From an uncultured delta proteobacterium (GTDB lineage: Bacteria; Desulfobacterota; Syntrophorhabdia; Syntrophorhabdales; WCHB1-27): a DNA stretch of 64,000 nt. Below the pieces are notes generated by a model. The model did no database searches, was not told the DNA's origin, and was given only the letters and a program-made list of their open reading frames with translations. Positions 9,989 to 18,831 of this stretch are shown here, piece by piece; the stretch's first letter is position 1, and every line of letters begins with the position of its first letter. The translations under genes and the position numbers were made by a program. The DNA lies in the NCBI GenBank assembly GCA_963818095.1, contig CAWFRA010000024.1:121432-185431 (forward strand). The letters run 5' to 3'.

Positions 9989-10755
9989 ACAGCCTGCGCG
10001 TCGAAAACGTATCCCGGAGCTTCGGCGGCGTGCGAGCCCTGGATGACGTTTCCTTCTTCGTTGAACCCGGGACCATCCACGGCTTGATCGGGCCGAACGG
10101 GGCGGGCAAGACCACCCTGATCAATATCCTGAGCGGCCTGCTTCCGCCGAGCGCGGGCCGGATGAGCTATAAGGACCATGACCTCCATCGCCTTGCCGTG
10201 CATCAGATGGCAGCCATCGGAATAGCCAGGACGTTTCAAAACATCCGCCTGTTTCCGCACATGAGCTGCCTGGAAAACGTCCAGGCCGGCCAGCACCTGC
10301 GCTCGCGCCGGGCGCTCCTTCCGAGACTGCTCCGCCTGCCGTCGGCTCGGCATGAGGACCGCAGCCTTTATAAACAGGCGATGGAGACACTGGCCCGCGT
10401 GGGGCTGGACGACAAGGCCGATTACCAGTCCCGCAACCTGTCATATGGTGAACGCCGCCGCCTGGAGATCGCGAGGGCCCTGTCCCTTAACCCCAGCTTG
10501 CTGCTGCTCGATGAGCCGGTGGCAGGCATGCGCCAGGGGGAAGCGACCGTCGTGGCGGACCTTCTGCGGTCCCTTTGCCGGGAGGGTATGACCATCCTTT
10601 TGATCGAACACAACATGTCCTTTGTCATGAGCCTATGTCAGCGCATCACCGTCCTCGATTTCGGCCGGGTGCTCACCACCGGCAGCCCGGCGGAGGTTCG
10701 GGCCTGCCATGAGGTGATCGAAGCCTACCTGGGCGCGGGAAAAACACATGCTTGA
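9985..10755 (+). CDS. livG: Branched-chain amino acid ABC transporter ATP-binding protein
   Basis: Walker A GPNGAGKTT, signature LSYGERRRLEIARAL, Walker B LLLLDEP. Confidence 0.9.
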   Translation: MNSLRVENVSRSFGGVRALDDVSFFVEPGTIHGLIGPNGAGKTTLINILSGLLPPSAGRMSYKDHDLHRLAVHQMAAIGIARTFQNIRLFPHMSCLENVQAGQHLRSRRALLPRLLRLPSARHEDRSLYKQAMETLARVGLDDKADYQSRNLSYGERRRLEIARALSLNPSLLLLDEPVAGMRQGEATVVADLLRSLCREGMTILLIEHNMSFVMSLCQRITVLDFGRVLTTGSPAEVRACHEVIEAYLGAGKTHA

Positions 10756-11503
10756 GGTAAGTGGACTCACCGTATCATACGGGCACATCGAGGCCGTGCG
10801 GGATGTCTCTTTTCAGGTAGCCCAGGGGGCCATAGTTTCCCTCGTGGGACCGAACGGGGCCGGCAAGACAACGATCCTGAACGCCCTCAGCGGCGTTGTC
10901 CCCGCAATTCGGGGCAGCATTCGATTTCAGGGAAGAGATATTACGCATGACAGCCCCCATCGGAGGGTCTCGGAAGGGATCGTACAGATCCCCGAGGGGC
11001 GGTTGGTGCTGGCCAACATGACCGTTCGGGAAAACCTGGAGCTGGGCGCTTACCGCCGGTCCGCCGGCGAGGCCAGGGCGACCATCGCCGCCATGGAGGA
11101 ACGCTTCCCGATCCTTGGCGAGCGCCGCAAGTCGCTCGCGGGCACTCTTTCGGGCGGGGAGCAGCAGATGCTGGCCATTGCGCGCGGTTTGATGGCAAAG
11201 CCCAAGCTGCTGCTTCTGGACGAGCCTTCCCTCGGACTGGCGCCCCTTCTGGTCCAGACCATTTTCGAGATCGTCGGCGAGCTGCACTCCGAGGGCCTGA
11301 CGATCCTGCTTGTGGAGCAGAACGCGCACCAGGCCCTTTTGGTTTCATCGCATGGTTATGTGATGGAAAGCGGAAAGATCGTACTGGAAGGCTCGGCAAG
11401 CGAGTTGATGGCCGATCAGGCCGTGATAGATTTTTACCTGGGCCAGGTCCAGGCGCCCGCGGTGACAGACGTACATTCTTGTGCGAAAGTCATTCCCGAT
11501 TAA
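10748..11503 (+). CDS. livF: Branched-chain amino acid ABC transporter ATP-binding protein
   Basis: Walker A GPNGAGKTT, signature LSGGEQQMLAIARGL, Walker B LLLLDEP. Confidence 0.9.
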   Translation: MLEVSGLTVSYGHIEAVRDVSFQVAQGAIVSLVGPNGAGKTTILNALSGVVPAIRGSIRFQGRDITHDSPHRRVSEGIVQIPEGRLVLANMTVRENLELGAYRRSAGEARATIAAMEERFPILGERRKSLAGTLSGGEQQMLAIARGLMAKPKLLLLDEPSLGLAPLLVQTIFEIVGELHSEGLTILLVEQNAHQALLVSSHGYVMESGKIVLEGSASELMADQAVIDFYLGQVQAPAVTDVHSCAKVIPD

Positions 11504-11545
11504 ACCCACGGACGCACTCTGAACGTTCAGCGACGCTCAAGTCTT

Positions 11546-12133
11546 CTACAAGCCCTCCCTGGAAAGGGCGGCGAGCTGGCGTATCGTCCTCTTCAGGGCC
11601 CCCATCATATCCAGATAGAGGTAAGAGGCCTTCGTGGAGCAGAAGCCCTTTATGAGCCTGTCTTCGTGTTCCACGGAAAAAGCGTCGACCATCTCATGAA
11701 GCCGGTCGACGTCGGACTGCACGCGTTGGCCCAGGTGGCAGTTCTTCGTTATGAAGACGTCCCTTGTGTCCTTAGCGAGGTCCTGGGCCCCGGTTATGAC
11801 GGCCTTGATCTCATTGAGACCTTTGTCAGTGAAGGGTACGCCGGAATCCAGCTTGGTTGTCGACGCTCTCAGCAGGTCCCCCATGTCGATGCCGAGCTTC
11901 TGGATGGTGGGCAGGATTGTCAGGAACTTGATCTCAGCCGTGCTCTTTTCCTTCTTGCGCGTGACCTCATCTGAAAGCGGGAGATAGGACTTTAGTGTTT
12001 CTTTGAGTATCGTGTTGGCCCTGTCGAGGCAATTTCTGTCTTCAGCGAAGATGCACTTCCTCGCCTGTTCGAGTATCGGGATAACGGAACCCAGTATGCC
12101 GCAGATCGTCTGTGTGTACTCTTTCTCCTCCAT
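11546..12133 (-). CDS. Hypothetical protein, possibly PhoU-like helical domain
   Basis: ORF 11546..12280 (-). The preferred start is ATG 12133, preceded by GGAGGAAAAGACT. The helical sequence is weakly reminiscent of PhoU/Na-Pi-cotransporter-associated domains, and the family call is tentative. Confidence 0.35.
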   Translation of the reverse strand: MEEKEYTQTICGILGSVIPILEQARKCIFAEDRNCLDRANTILKETLKSYLPLSDEVTRKKEKSTAEIKFLTILPTIQKLGIDMGDLLRASTTKLDSGVPFTDKGLNEIKAVITGAQDLAKDTRDVFITKNCHLGQRVQSDVDRLHEMVDAFSVEHEDRLIKGFCSTKASYLYLDMMGALKRTIRQLAALSREGL

Positions 12134-12335
12134 AGTCTTTTCCTCCCCATACAAAAAATAACACGTCCGGGGCTGAATGTGAAGGGGAGGTGGCGCCCTG
12201 ACCGTCATGCCGGGTTTCTGTCCGGAAGCCGGTATAGAAAAGAAGAACTGGATTCCGTGTCGGGCACGGAATGACGGCACACACGAATGCCTGCGGGATA
12301 ATCGATTAAATGGAGAAGCCGGGCACGCGCCCGGC

Positions 12336-12375
12336 GAAAGAGAAAGGGAAGGGGCCGGGAAATTAACCCGGCCCC
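12336..12375 (-). terminator. Intrinsic terminator after the paaK-like gene and small ORF
   Basis: Perfect 9-bp stem GGGGCCGGG / CCCGGCCCC (12351..12359 and 12367..12375) with a 7-nt loop. It is followed on the minus strand by a T-rich run (TTCCCTTTCTCTTTC). Confidence 0.5.
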
Positions 12376-12382
12376 ACTCTCA

Positions 12383-12532
12383 TTACTCTTCCGGGGTGTT
12401 GAACTTCAGCAGATACACAAACGTCAGGATAATGGAGGCGTTTTTCAGCAGGGAATTATTCCCGTCCGCCAGCGCCTTTATCCTCTCCGCGCTCTTCTCT
12501 ATGTTCTGGATTTCTTTCCTTATCTCGTCCAT
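12383..12532 (-). CDS. Small ORF (49 aa) translationally coupled to the PaaK-like gene
   Basis: My own translation: MDEIRKEIQNIEKSAERIKALADGNNSLLKNASIILTFVYLLKFNTPEE. Its ATG (12532..12530) overlaps the corrected paaK stop (TAATG), and the terminator follows. It is below the 60-aa cutoff of the ORF track. Confidence 0.35.
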   Translation of the reverse strand: MDEIRKEIQNIEKSAERIKALADGNNSLLKNASIILTFVYLLKFNTPEE

Positions 12533-13838
12533 TAGTGGTCACCTCTCATGTCCTTGAAGCGTTTGGCCTTGAGGTCGTACCTGGGCAGCGTGCCCTCCGG
12601 CTCGACCTTTACCTTGCAGGACAGGTTTGTCTTGATCTTGTGCCTTTCGCTGAGCCGCTTGGCCACATCCTGGGCCGCGCCGCCTCCACCTTCGGGTCGC
12701 ATTCGATCCTGAGGAGGATATTGTCCATGATGTCTTCGCGGGTCACGACTATCTCGAACTCGACGATCTCCGGGAACTCCGACCTGATGAGCTGCTCCAC
12801 CGTCTTGGGGGAAAAGAGGACGCCCCTGATCTTCCGTATGTCATCCACCCTGCCCACGATCTCCATGAGCTTGAGCGAGGTCCTGCCGCATTCGCACTGG
12901 TCCGGCCCCTTGATCGCTACGTCGTTCGTGTTGAAGCGCAGCACCGGGAAGGACCTTCTGCCGAGCGGCGTGATGACGATGACGCCCTGCTCGCCGACTG
13001 CGACTTCCTTCGACAGCGTCTCGCGGTCGAGCATCTCCACCAGGAAGAAAGGCTCTACGATGTGCAGCCCTTTCTGCGCCTCGCACATGCCCGCGAACCC
13101 GCAAGTCTCCGTGCTGCCTATGTGGTCGAACATCTTGCAGCCGTAAGTCGCCTCGATCCTCTTGCGCGTAGCCTCCGGCAGCGGCTCGCCTGCGCCTATC
13201 ATGCGGTCCATGCCGAATGACTTCGGGTCGATCCCCATTGCCATGGCTTCCTGCGCGATGTTCAGCATGTACGTGGGCGTGCCCGCCATCGCGTTGGCCT
13301 TCAGCTCGATGATCTTATTGACGCGGCCCTTCGTGTCGAGGGCGCCGCCCGGCACCACTTCGCAACCGAGTTTCTCCGCAGCGTAATGGGCCTCCCAGAA
13401 GGCGACATAGACGTTGTAGCCGAAGGGGAGGAAAAGCCTGTGCCGGGGCCTGAAACCCGCCATCCAGAGAATGTGGCACCACGATTCGATCCTCCACTGC
13501 CAGCTTTCGTAAGACTCGGGCACGTAGACCGGCCTGCCCGTCGTGCCGCTCGTCTGCCTGAAGGACGAGACCTCCTCGATGGGCACGCCGAGAAGCCCGC
13601 CGTAAGGGAAGGGCTCGACGTTCTCCTGCCATTTCCGCAGCTCTTCCTTGTACGTGAAGGGCACCTTCTTGATATCTGCGAAGGTCTTGATGTCGCCCGG
13701 CTCGATCCCCTTTAGCTTTTCCGCGTAAAGCTTGGAGTTGGCCTTTGCGAAAGCGAAGAGGTTCTTGAAGTACTTAAACTCCGTGTTGTCCAGCTTTTCT
13801 CTGGGCAAGGTCTCCGTGTACTTGTTCCAGTATTCCAT
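12532..13838 (-). CDS. paaK: Phenylacetate-CoA ligase / coenzyme F390 synthetase family (apparent frameshift near 12680)
   Basis: ORF 12609..13838 is PaaK-like (SSFRQTSGTTGRPVY AMP-binding motif). After ...IECDPKVEAA the conserved tail (AQDVAKRLSERHKIKTNLSCKVKVEPEGTLPRYDLKAKRFKDMRGDH*) continues in another frame to the stop at 12532..12534. Confidence 0.8.
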
Positions 13839-13961
13839 GTTTGCCCCCTTGGTTAGGTCTTTCCGGCACGTTGCTATCGTGTCTGCCGCGGCGGCAGGCA
13901 GTATTTCAGTGAATAAAATGACGCCTCATACAGTGATGCTATAGCAGTGCCCGGTGCCTTG

Positions 13962-14781
13962 TCAAGACAATTTTCCGGCCGCCTTCTGCCTGCCGGCCGG
14001 TTTTCCTTTATAGCCTGCGTCGGCCGATATTGCGGACGCCGCCTCAAGGAGCCTTGCCGCTATCCGCTTTACGCGGTCGGTTCCGACGGACAGGTGAATA
14101 AACCCGACACCCAATGCGGCCGTGACCTTACCGGTATAGTCGCGGATAGGCGCCCCGACTCCGCCGACGCCTTCTATGGACCTTCCTTCATCGAATGCGT
14201 ATCCTGCGTCGCGGATAGAACGCAGCGACACCTTAAGGGACTCCGCGTCGAGGAACGAGTTTTTCGTTGTTGCGACCAGGGGGTGCGCGACAAGGAGCGC
14301 GTCCACTTCTTCGGGCGGCAGGAAGGCCATTAGCGTCAGGCCGAGCATGCCCCAGTACGGCGGGCGTCGCGAGCCTACGTTTGATGTGAAGCTAATCGGC
14401 TCCTTCAGGCCCTCCCTCTTGTCGAGGTAGAGCAGCTCGCCTTCGTCGAGGACGCCCAGGAAGATCGTTTTGCCGAGGTCCAACTGGAGGCTTGGTTATG
14501 TGAGGGGCGGCGATGCCGGCCAGCGAAAAGGAGGAGGCGACGACGCTTCCCAGCTCGAAAAGCTTTACGCCCAGGGAGTACTGCTTCTGCTCGTGGTCCT
14601 GCCGCAGGAAACCGTAATTGACCAGGGTGGCGCACAGCCGGAATACGGTCGCTTTGGAGAGACCGAGGCTTTCCGAGAGCCTGCCCAGTGTCAGGGATTT
14701 CCTGTCGCCGTTGAAAGCGGTCACGATCTGCAGGGCCCTTTCGAGGGACCTGTTGTAAAACGGTTTACTGCTGCGGGCCAT
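13962..14781 (-). CDS. IclR-family transcriptional regulator (apparent frameshift near 14490)
   Basis: The N-terminal HTH part is ORF 14392..14781 (LERALQIV...LGLSKATVFRLCATL). The C-terminal effector domain is ORF 13962..14483. The two halves are contiguous after a 1-nt frame change. Confidence 0.8.
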
Positions 14782-14898
14782 TCACCTTATTCACGGCGTC
14801 TCCTTTGCTATATGCCGGATTATGCCATCTAATGAAACAGTATATAATAGAATGAACCGCATTTGCATCTATAAGTTTTTATGATCGGTCGATATTTT

Positions 14899-14925
14899 TA
14901 AAGTATTCCCCTGTTATGCCGATAA
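14899..14925 (+). promoter_or_regulatory. FliA (sigma28)-type promoter for motAB
   Basis: TAAA (14899..14902), 15-nt spacer, GCCGATAA (14918..14925). This is an exact match to the TAAA-N15-GCCGATAA consensus, 62 nt upstream of the motA GTG. Confidence 0.65.
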
Positions 14926-14987
14926 TCGATGATATATAAGGGACCGGGCGTACCGGTCCGCAGCACGTCCGGAAAAAGGACTAAAAA

Positions 14988-15842
14988 GTGCTCGTAATAA
15001 TTGGGAGTATTGTTGTTCTCGGCGCAGTCCTCGGCGGGTTCGCCATGGAGGGGGGGCCGTTTTTGGTCCTCATGCAGGTCGCCGAATTCATCATCATCAT
15101 CGGCTCCGCCTTCGGGGCCCTCCTTATCTCCACGCCGGTGAAGACGCTTAAGAAAATTGTCGCAAAGGCGCTGGGTAGCCTCAAAGGCGGCGAGGACGGA
15201 GAGAAGGTCTACCTCGACCTCTTGAGGCTCATGTACGAGGTTTTCCAGATCAGCCGTAAAGAGGGTCTGATCGCGCTGGAAAGCCACATAGAGGCGCCTG
15301 GAGAAAGCTCCATCTTCAAGCAGTATCCCCGGTTTCTGGGAGATCGCAAGCTCCTCACCTTCATGTGCGACACCTTCCGCCTCGTCATTCTGGGCGGCGT
15401 GCCGCCGCACGACATGGAGTCGCTGATGGACCTCGACATAGAGACGCAGCACCATGAAGGCACAAGACCCGGCATGATACTTCAGAAGATCGGCGACTCG
15501 ATGCCCGGCCTCGGCATCGTCGCAGCAGTGCTCGGCATCATTATAACCATGCAGGCTATCGGCGGGGCGGCCGAGGAAGTGGGCCACAAGGTAGCAGCGG
15601 CCCTTGTCGGCACCTTCCTGGGCATCTTCCTTTCTTACGGCTTCATCCAGCCTCTGGCGACGAACTTCGATATATCGAACGACGAAGAATCGAAGATATA
15701 CGAGGCGATCAAGGCTGCGATGGTCGCCTTCGCAAAGGGCTTCAACCCGATCGTCTGCGTCGAGTTCTCGCGGCGGACGATCCCGGAAGATTGCAGACCT
15801 TCATTCCAGGAGATGGAAGACCACGTGAAGGGCAAGAAATGA
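14988..15842 (+). CDS. motA: Flagellar motor stator protein MotA
   Basis: 284-aa ORF of the MotA/TolQ/ExbB proton-channel family with MotA-like length and topology. It has a sigma28 promoter upstream and motB overlapping downstream. Confidence 0.9.
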   Translation: MLVIIGSIVVLGAVLGGFAMEGGPFLVLMQVAEFIIIIGSAFGALLISTPVKTLKKIVAKALGSLKGGEDGEKVYLDLLRLMYEVFQISRKEGLIALESHIEAPGESSIFKQYPRFLGDRKLLTFMCDTFRLVILGGVPPHDMESLMDLDIETQHHEGTRPGMILQKIGDSMPGLGIVAAVLGIIITMQAIGGAAEEVGHKVAAALVGTFLGIFLSYGFIQPLATNFDISNDEESKIYEAIKAAMVAFAKGFNPIVCVEFSRRTIPEDCRPSFQEMEDHVKGKK

Positions 15843-16666
15843 TCGAAGAGGAACGCAACGTCCCCGTAAGGACGATAATAAAGAAGAAAAGAGGACACGA
15901 AGGGGGCCACGGCGGGGCGTGGAAAGTGGCATACGCCGATTTCGTGACCGCGATGATGGCCCTGTTCATCGTGCTCTGGATAGTCGGGCAGAGCAAAGAC
16001 GTCAAGGACGCCATCGCCGCATATTTCAAGGACCCGGGTCTTTTCATGGCGGCCAAGAAGGGTATCATGTCGGGCCCCGCGACGTCGAAGACGGTTAACG
16101 CGCCTGTTGCGCCCGACAAAGAGGCAGGGGAGATGGCAAGGCTCAAGGCGGAAGCGGACAACTTGAGGAAGGCGATAGCGGCCACCCCCGACTTCAGCAA
16201 GTTCAAGGACAAGATACAGGTGACGGTAACGCAGGAGGGCTTGAGGATCGACCTCGTCGAGGCATCCGAAGGGCTCTTTTTCGACATAGGCAAGGCGCAC
16301 CTGAAGCCGGAAGCCGTCAAGCTGATCCGGCTCATCGCGCCGCGCCTCGGCGGCCTCGGAAACGATATGATCCTCGAAGGATACACGGACGCCAGGCCGT
16401 ACGCGTCCAGAGACTATACGAACTGGGACCTTAGCGCGGACAGGGCCAACGCCGCCCGCAAGGTGCTGGAAGACGGCGGGGTCCGCAAGGACCAGGTGCG
16501 GGCCGTGCGCGGGTTTGCGGACAGGAACCTGAAGATACCCGATAGCCCGTACGATTTCAGGAACAGAAGAGTCAGCATTCTCGTGCCGAGCCAGTCCGCG
16601 GCACAGGCGGTGCGGGCCGACCGCCCCCCGGCAGGCCCGGCAATGCCGCCCAAGGGGAAACAGTGA
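15839..16666 (+). CDS. motB: Flagellar motor stator protein MotB (OmpA-like C-terminal domain)
   Basis: Start chosen at ATG 15839 (ATGA overlap with the motA stop). Has the N-terminal plug/TM segment WKVAYADFVTAMMALFIVLW and a C-terminal OmpA-like region GYTD...SADRA...NRRV. Confidence 0.85.
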   Translation: MIEEERNVPVRTIIKKKRGHEGGHGGAWKVAYADFVTAMMALFIVLWIVGQSKDVKDAIAAYFKDPGLFMAAKKGIMSGPATSKTVNAPVAPDKEAGEMARLKAEADNLRKAIAATPDFSKFKDKIQVTVTQEGLRIDLVEASEGLFFDIGKAHLKPEAVKLIRLIAPRLGGLGNDMILEGYTDARPYASRDYTNWDLSADRANAARKVLEDGGVRKDQVRAVRGFADRNLKIPDSPYDFRNRRVSILVPSQSAAQAVRADRPPAGPAMPPKGKQ

Positions 16667-16667
16667 C

Positions 16668-17882
16668 ATGATGCGGTGCACAATCAAAGCTCCGGTGCTC
16701 GCGGTGAGTGAAGACCCGCAGACGCTCGTCATGATCGCCGGGATCCTCCGTCAGGACCCGATGCTCGACATCAGGCCCGCCCGGAGTTTCGAAGAGGCGT
16801 GGCGCAGCGCCGGCCAACAGCCCCCCGAGTTGCTTATCCTCGACCTCCAGGCGGCCGCCGGCATCGAGTCCCACCCCGTGCTGACGTGCGGGGACGGCCC
16901 GCCTGTCCCTGTGCCCTCCCTGGTCGTCTGCGAGACGGCCGAGGTGCCCCTTGTTGTCCCCCTGCTGGGGAAGACGGCCGATGACTGCATCGAAAAGTCG
17001 CTCTGTCCCGGCGTGCTCCTGACGAGGGTGCGGTCGATGATAGGCACGAGGCGGCTGGAGGACGAGCTTGCGGCGGAAGAGGAGCGCCTCTCCGATACGA
17101 GCGACCTCCTCAAGAAGAATTTCAAGGAGATGATCGGCCTGCTGCACAACGTGCTGGACGTGCGCATCCCCGGGGCGAGCGACCGCGCGCGCGACGCCAA
17201 AGAGATAGCCAAGTTCATGGCGGGCAGGCTCGATTACCCTGACGAAAAGCGCCGCCACCTTCTTTTTGCCGCTCTCATGCACGAGATAGGCAAGATCGGC
17301 CTGCCTGATTCGCTTCTGGGCAAGGGCTACATCGGCCTGTCCGTATCGCTGAAACCGGCCTACCGCCAGTATCCCGTTATCGGCTCGATTATCGTATCGA
17401 CCATATCGGGCGCCAGGGCCTCCGCGGAGGCGGTATACCACCAGCTAGAGAACGAAGACGGCTCCGGTTTCCCGGACGAGCTTGTCGGAGACGAGATACC
17501 GGTCAGCGCCAGGATCCTGCGGGCCATCGTTTACCAGGAAGAGCTGAAGATGGAGGGGCGCTCGACGGAGGAGATCGTAGAGCGGGTGCGCTCCGCAATG
17601 CATTCCATTCTCAATGAGCGTATAGCCAACCTGCTGATAGAGTACCTGCTCAGCCACAGGACGAGCGCAGATACGAACAAGCTGAGACTGCGCGTAGACG
17701 AGCTGAAAGCAGGCATGGTGGTCGCCGAGGACATTTACGCTGCAAGCGGCGTGAAGCTGCTGCCGAAAGGCGTGCGCCTACAGGACAAGACGCTGGCGGT
17801 GCTGGCGGAGAGGAATGAGACGGACCCGATTATAGGCGGCGTATACATACTAACCGACTGGGGAGTGTTGTACGGTACATAA
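16668..17882 (+). CDS. Receiver-like domain / HD-GYP-type phosphohydrolase
   Basis: 404 aa. The N-terminus is CheY-like (LLILDL). The central domain is HD (HEIGKIGLP ... HHQLENEDGSGFP, a GYP-to-GFP variant). The C-terminal roughly 70 aa (LRVDELKAGMVVAEDIY...) resembles accessory domains seen on HD-GYP proteins. It starts 1 nt after the motB stop. Confidence 0.75.
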   Translation: MMRCTIKAPVLAVSEDPQTLVMIAGILRQDPMLDIRPARSFEEAWRSAGQQPPELLILDLQAAAGIESHPVLTCGDGPPVPVPSLVVCETAEVPLVVPLLGKTADDCIEKSLCPGVLLTRVRSMIGTRRLEDELAAEEERLSDTSDLLKKNFKEMIGLLHNVLDVRIPGASDRARDAKEIAKFMAGRLDYPDEKRRHLLFAALMHEIGKIGLPDSLLGKGYIGLSVSLKPAYRQYPVIGSIIVSTISGARASAEAVYHQLENEDGSGFPDELVGDEIPVSARILRAIVYQEELKMEGRSTEEIVERVRSAMHSILNERIANLLIEYLLSHRTSADTNKLRLRVDELKAGMVVAEDIYAASGVKLLPKGVRLQDKTLAVLAERNETDPIIGGVYILTDWGVLYGT

Positions 17883-17913
17883 GACGTTGCGTAGGCGCAA
17901 CGTCTTATGTACC
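17874..17913. repeat. Perfect 18-bp inverted repeat (hairpin) spanning the stop codon of the HD-GYP gene
   Basis: GGTACATAAGACGTTGCG (17874..17891), loop TAGG, CGCAACGTCTTATGTACC (17896..17913). No U-tract follows. The arm motif GTACATAAGACGT recurs at 18022..18034 inside repeat copy B. Confidence 0.8.
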
Positions 17914-17923
17914 GATGTCTTGC

Positions 17924-18155
17924 AGGGGGGCCGGGATCTTGCCCCGCGATATATAGAAAAACTAATCGCGGGGCAATACATTCCGGCCTTTCGCGTCGTT
18001 TCCTCGGGCGCGAGTCCTCACGTACATAAGACGTAAGCTCCGGCTCGCTTGGTCGGAAAGCAACGCGAACGACCCTCCCCTCCTTGCGTCGGGTGGGTGC
18101 CCCGTCGGAAATCTCTCCGGCCGATCAGACCTAGCCTATCCCTCACCCGTTAAGG
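17924..18155. repeat. Intergenic dispersed repeat, copy B (related to 4625..4800)
   Basis: Has the same conserved blocks as copy A. It also carries an extra internal hairpin, GCCCCGCGAT-14 nt-ATCGCGGGGC, at 17941..17974. Confidence 0.5.
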
Positions 18156-18204
18156 AAGTGGCCACTGGGAGCTGCCGCGTCCGGCTTTCAGTCGCTGCTT
18201 TTCT

Positions 18205-18792
18205 TCATGGACTGTTCAATTGGCCGACGTCGATCCATTCGGCCAGGAAGCTTGCGTAATCGGGCTCCAGGTGAAGGGTGGAGTAAAGGAAGACGGTGCC
18301 TTTCGACGTAGTTGTCCGGCGGATATCGCCGTATTCCTCCATGCCGGCCATCCTTCCAAGGCATGACGAAACCTCCTCGGGCGTCAGGTCGAATGGGGTA
18401 TCACCGAACATGCCAAGGGGGACCGGACGCGGATAGAGCCTGGAATTCTCGCGGACTATGTCCGTTACGAGAAGCAGCGGGTCCTGGCCTTTACGGATAA
18501 GGAGTCCGGCGTAGGCGTCAGTCATGGCCCGGCCGGAATAGTAGCGGGCGACGCCGTCCCCGCCGGCGACCTCTTTCAGCTCTCCATTCCGCACGACCGT
18601 TTCTTTCAGAAATTGCCCAAATGCGTCAAGGTCGAGACGTTCTAACGGCCCGATAGTTCCGGCAAGCTCGCTGCGGATGTCTTCCGCCGTAACGAACCGG
18701 CCGGCGGCGCTGCTCCTTTCAACGAACTTGATTACGGCCTCCCTGGCCGCTGCCTCGGTTTGTTCCCTGGTCTGTCCGCTCTGTTTGTCCAC
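18205..18792 (-). CDS. Hypothetical protein, last gene of the AOR operon (occupies the position of E. coli ydhW)
   Basis: 195-aa ORF, 40 nt downstream of the AOR gene on the same strand. I recognise no motif. Confidence 0.6.
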   Translation of the reverse strand: MDKQSGQTREQTEAAAREAVIKFVERSSAAGRFVTAEDIRSELAGTIGPLERLDLDAFGQFLKETVVRNGELKEVAGGDGVARYYSGRAMTDAYAGLLIRKGQDPLLLVTDIVRENSRLYPRPVPLGMFGDTPFDLTPEEVSSCLGRMAGMEEYGDIRRTTTSKGTVFLYSTLHLEPDYASFLAEWIDVGQLNSP

Positions 18793-18831
18793 TGTTGCTT
18801 CCTTCCTTTGCGACCCGGCGCCTTCACATGC

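Noticed and set aside
12252-12272. 8-bp-stem hairpin ATTCCGTG-TCGGG-CACGGAAT (encoding a ...WIPCRARNDG-like string), reminiscent of small palindromic REP elements.
   Set aside because: Only one copy is visible in this window, so its status as a repeat family cannot be supported here.
14988-16666. MotA/MotB pair considered as a Zorya-type (ZorAB) anti-phage module or other non-flagellar stator.
   Set aside because: MotA is of ordinary flagellar size (284 aa; ZorA has a long C-terminal tail). No ZorC/D-like genes follow, and the pair has an exact FliA consensus promoter.
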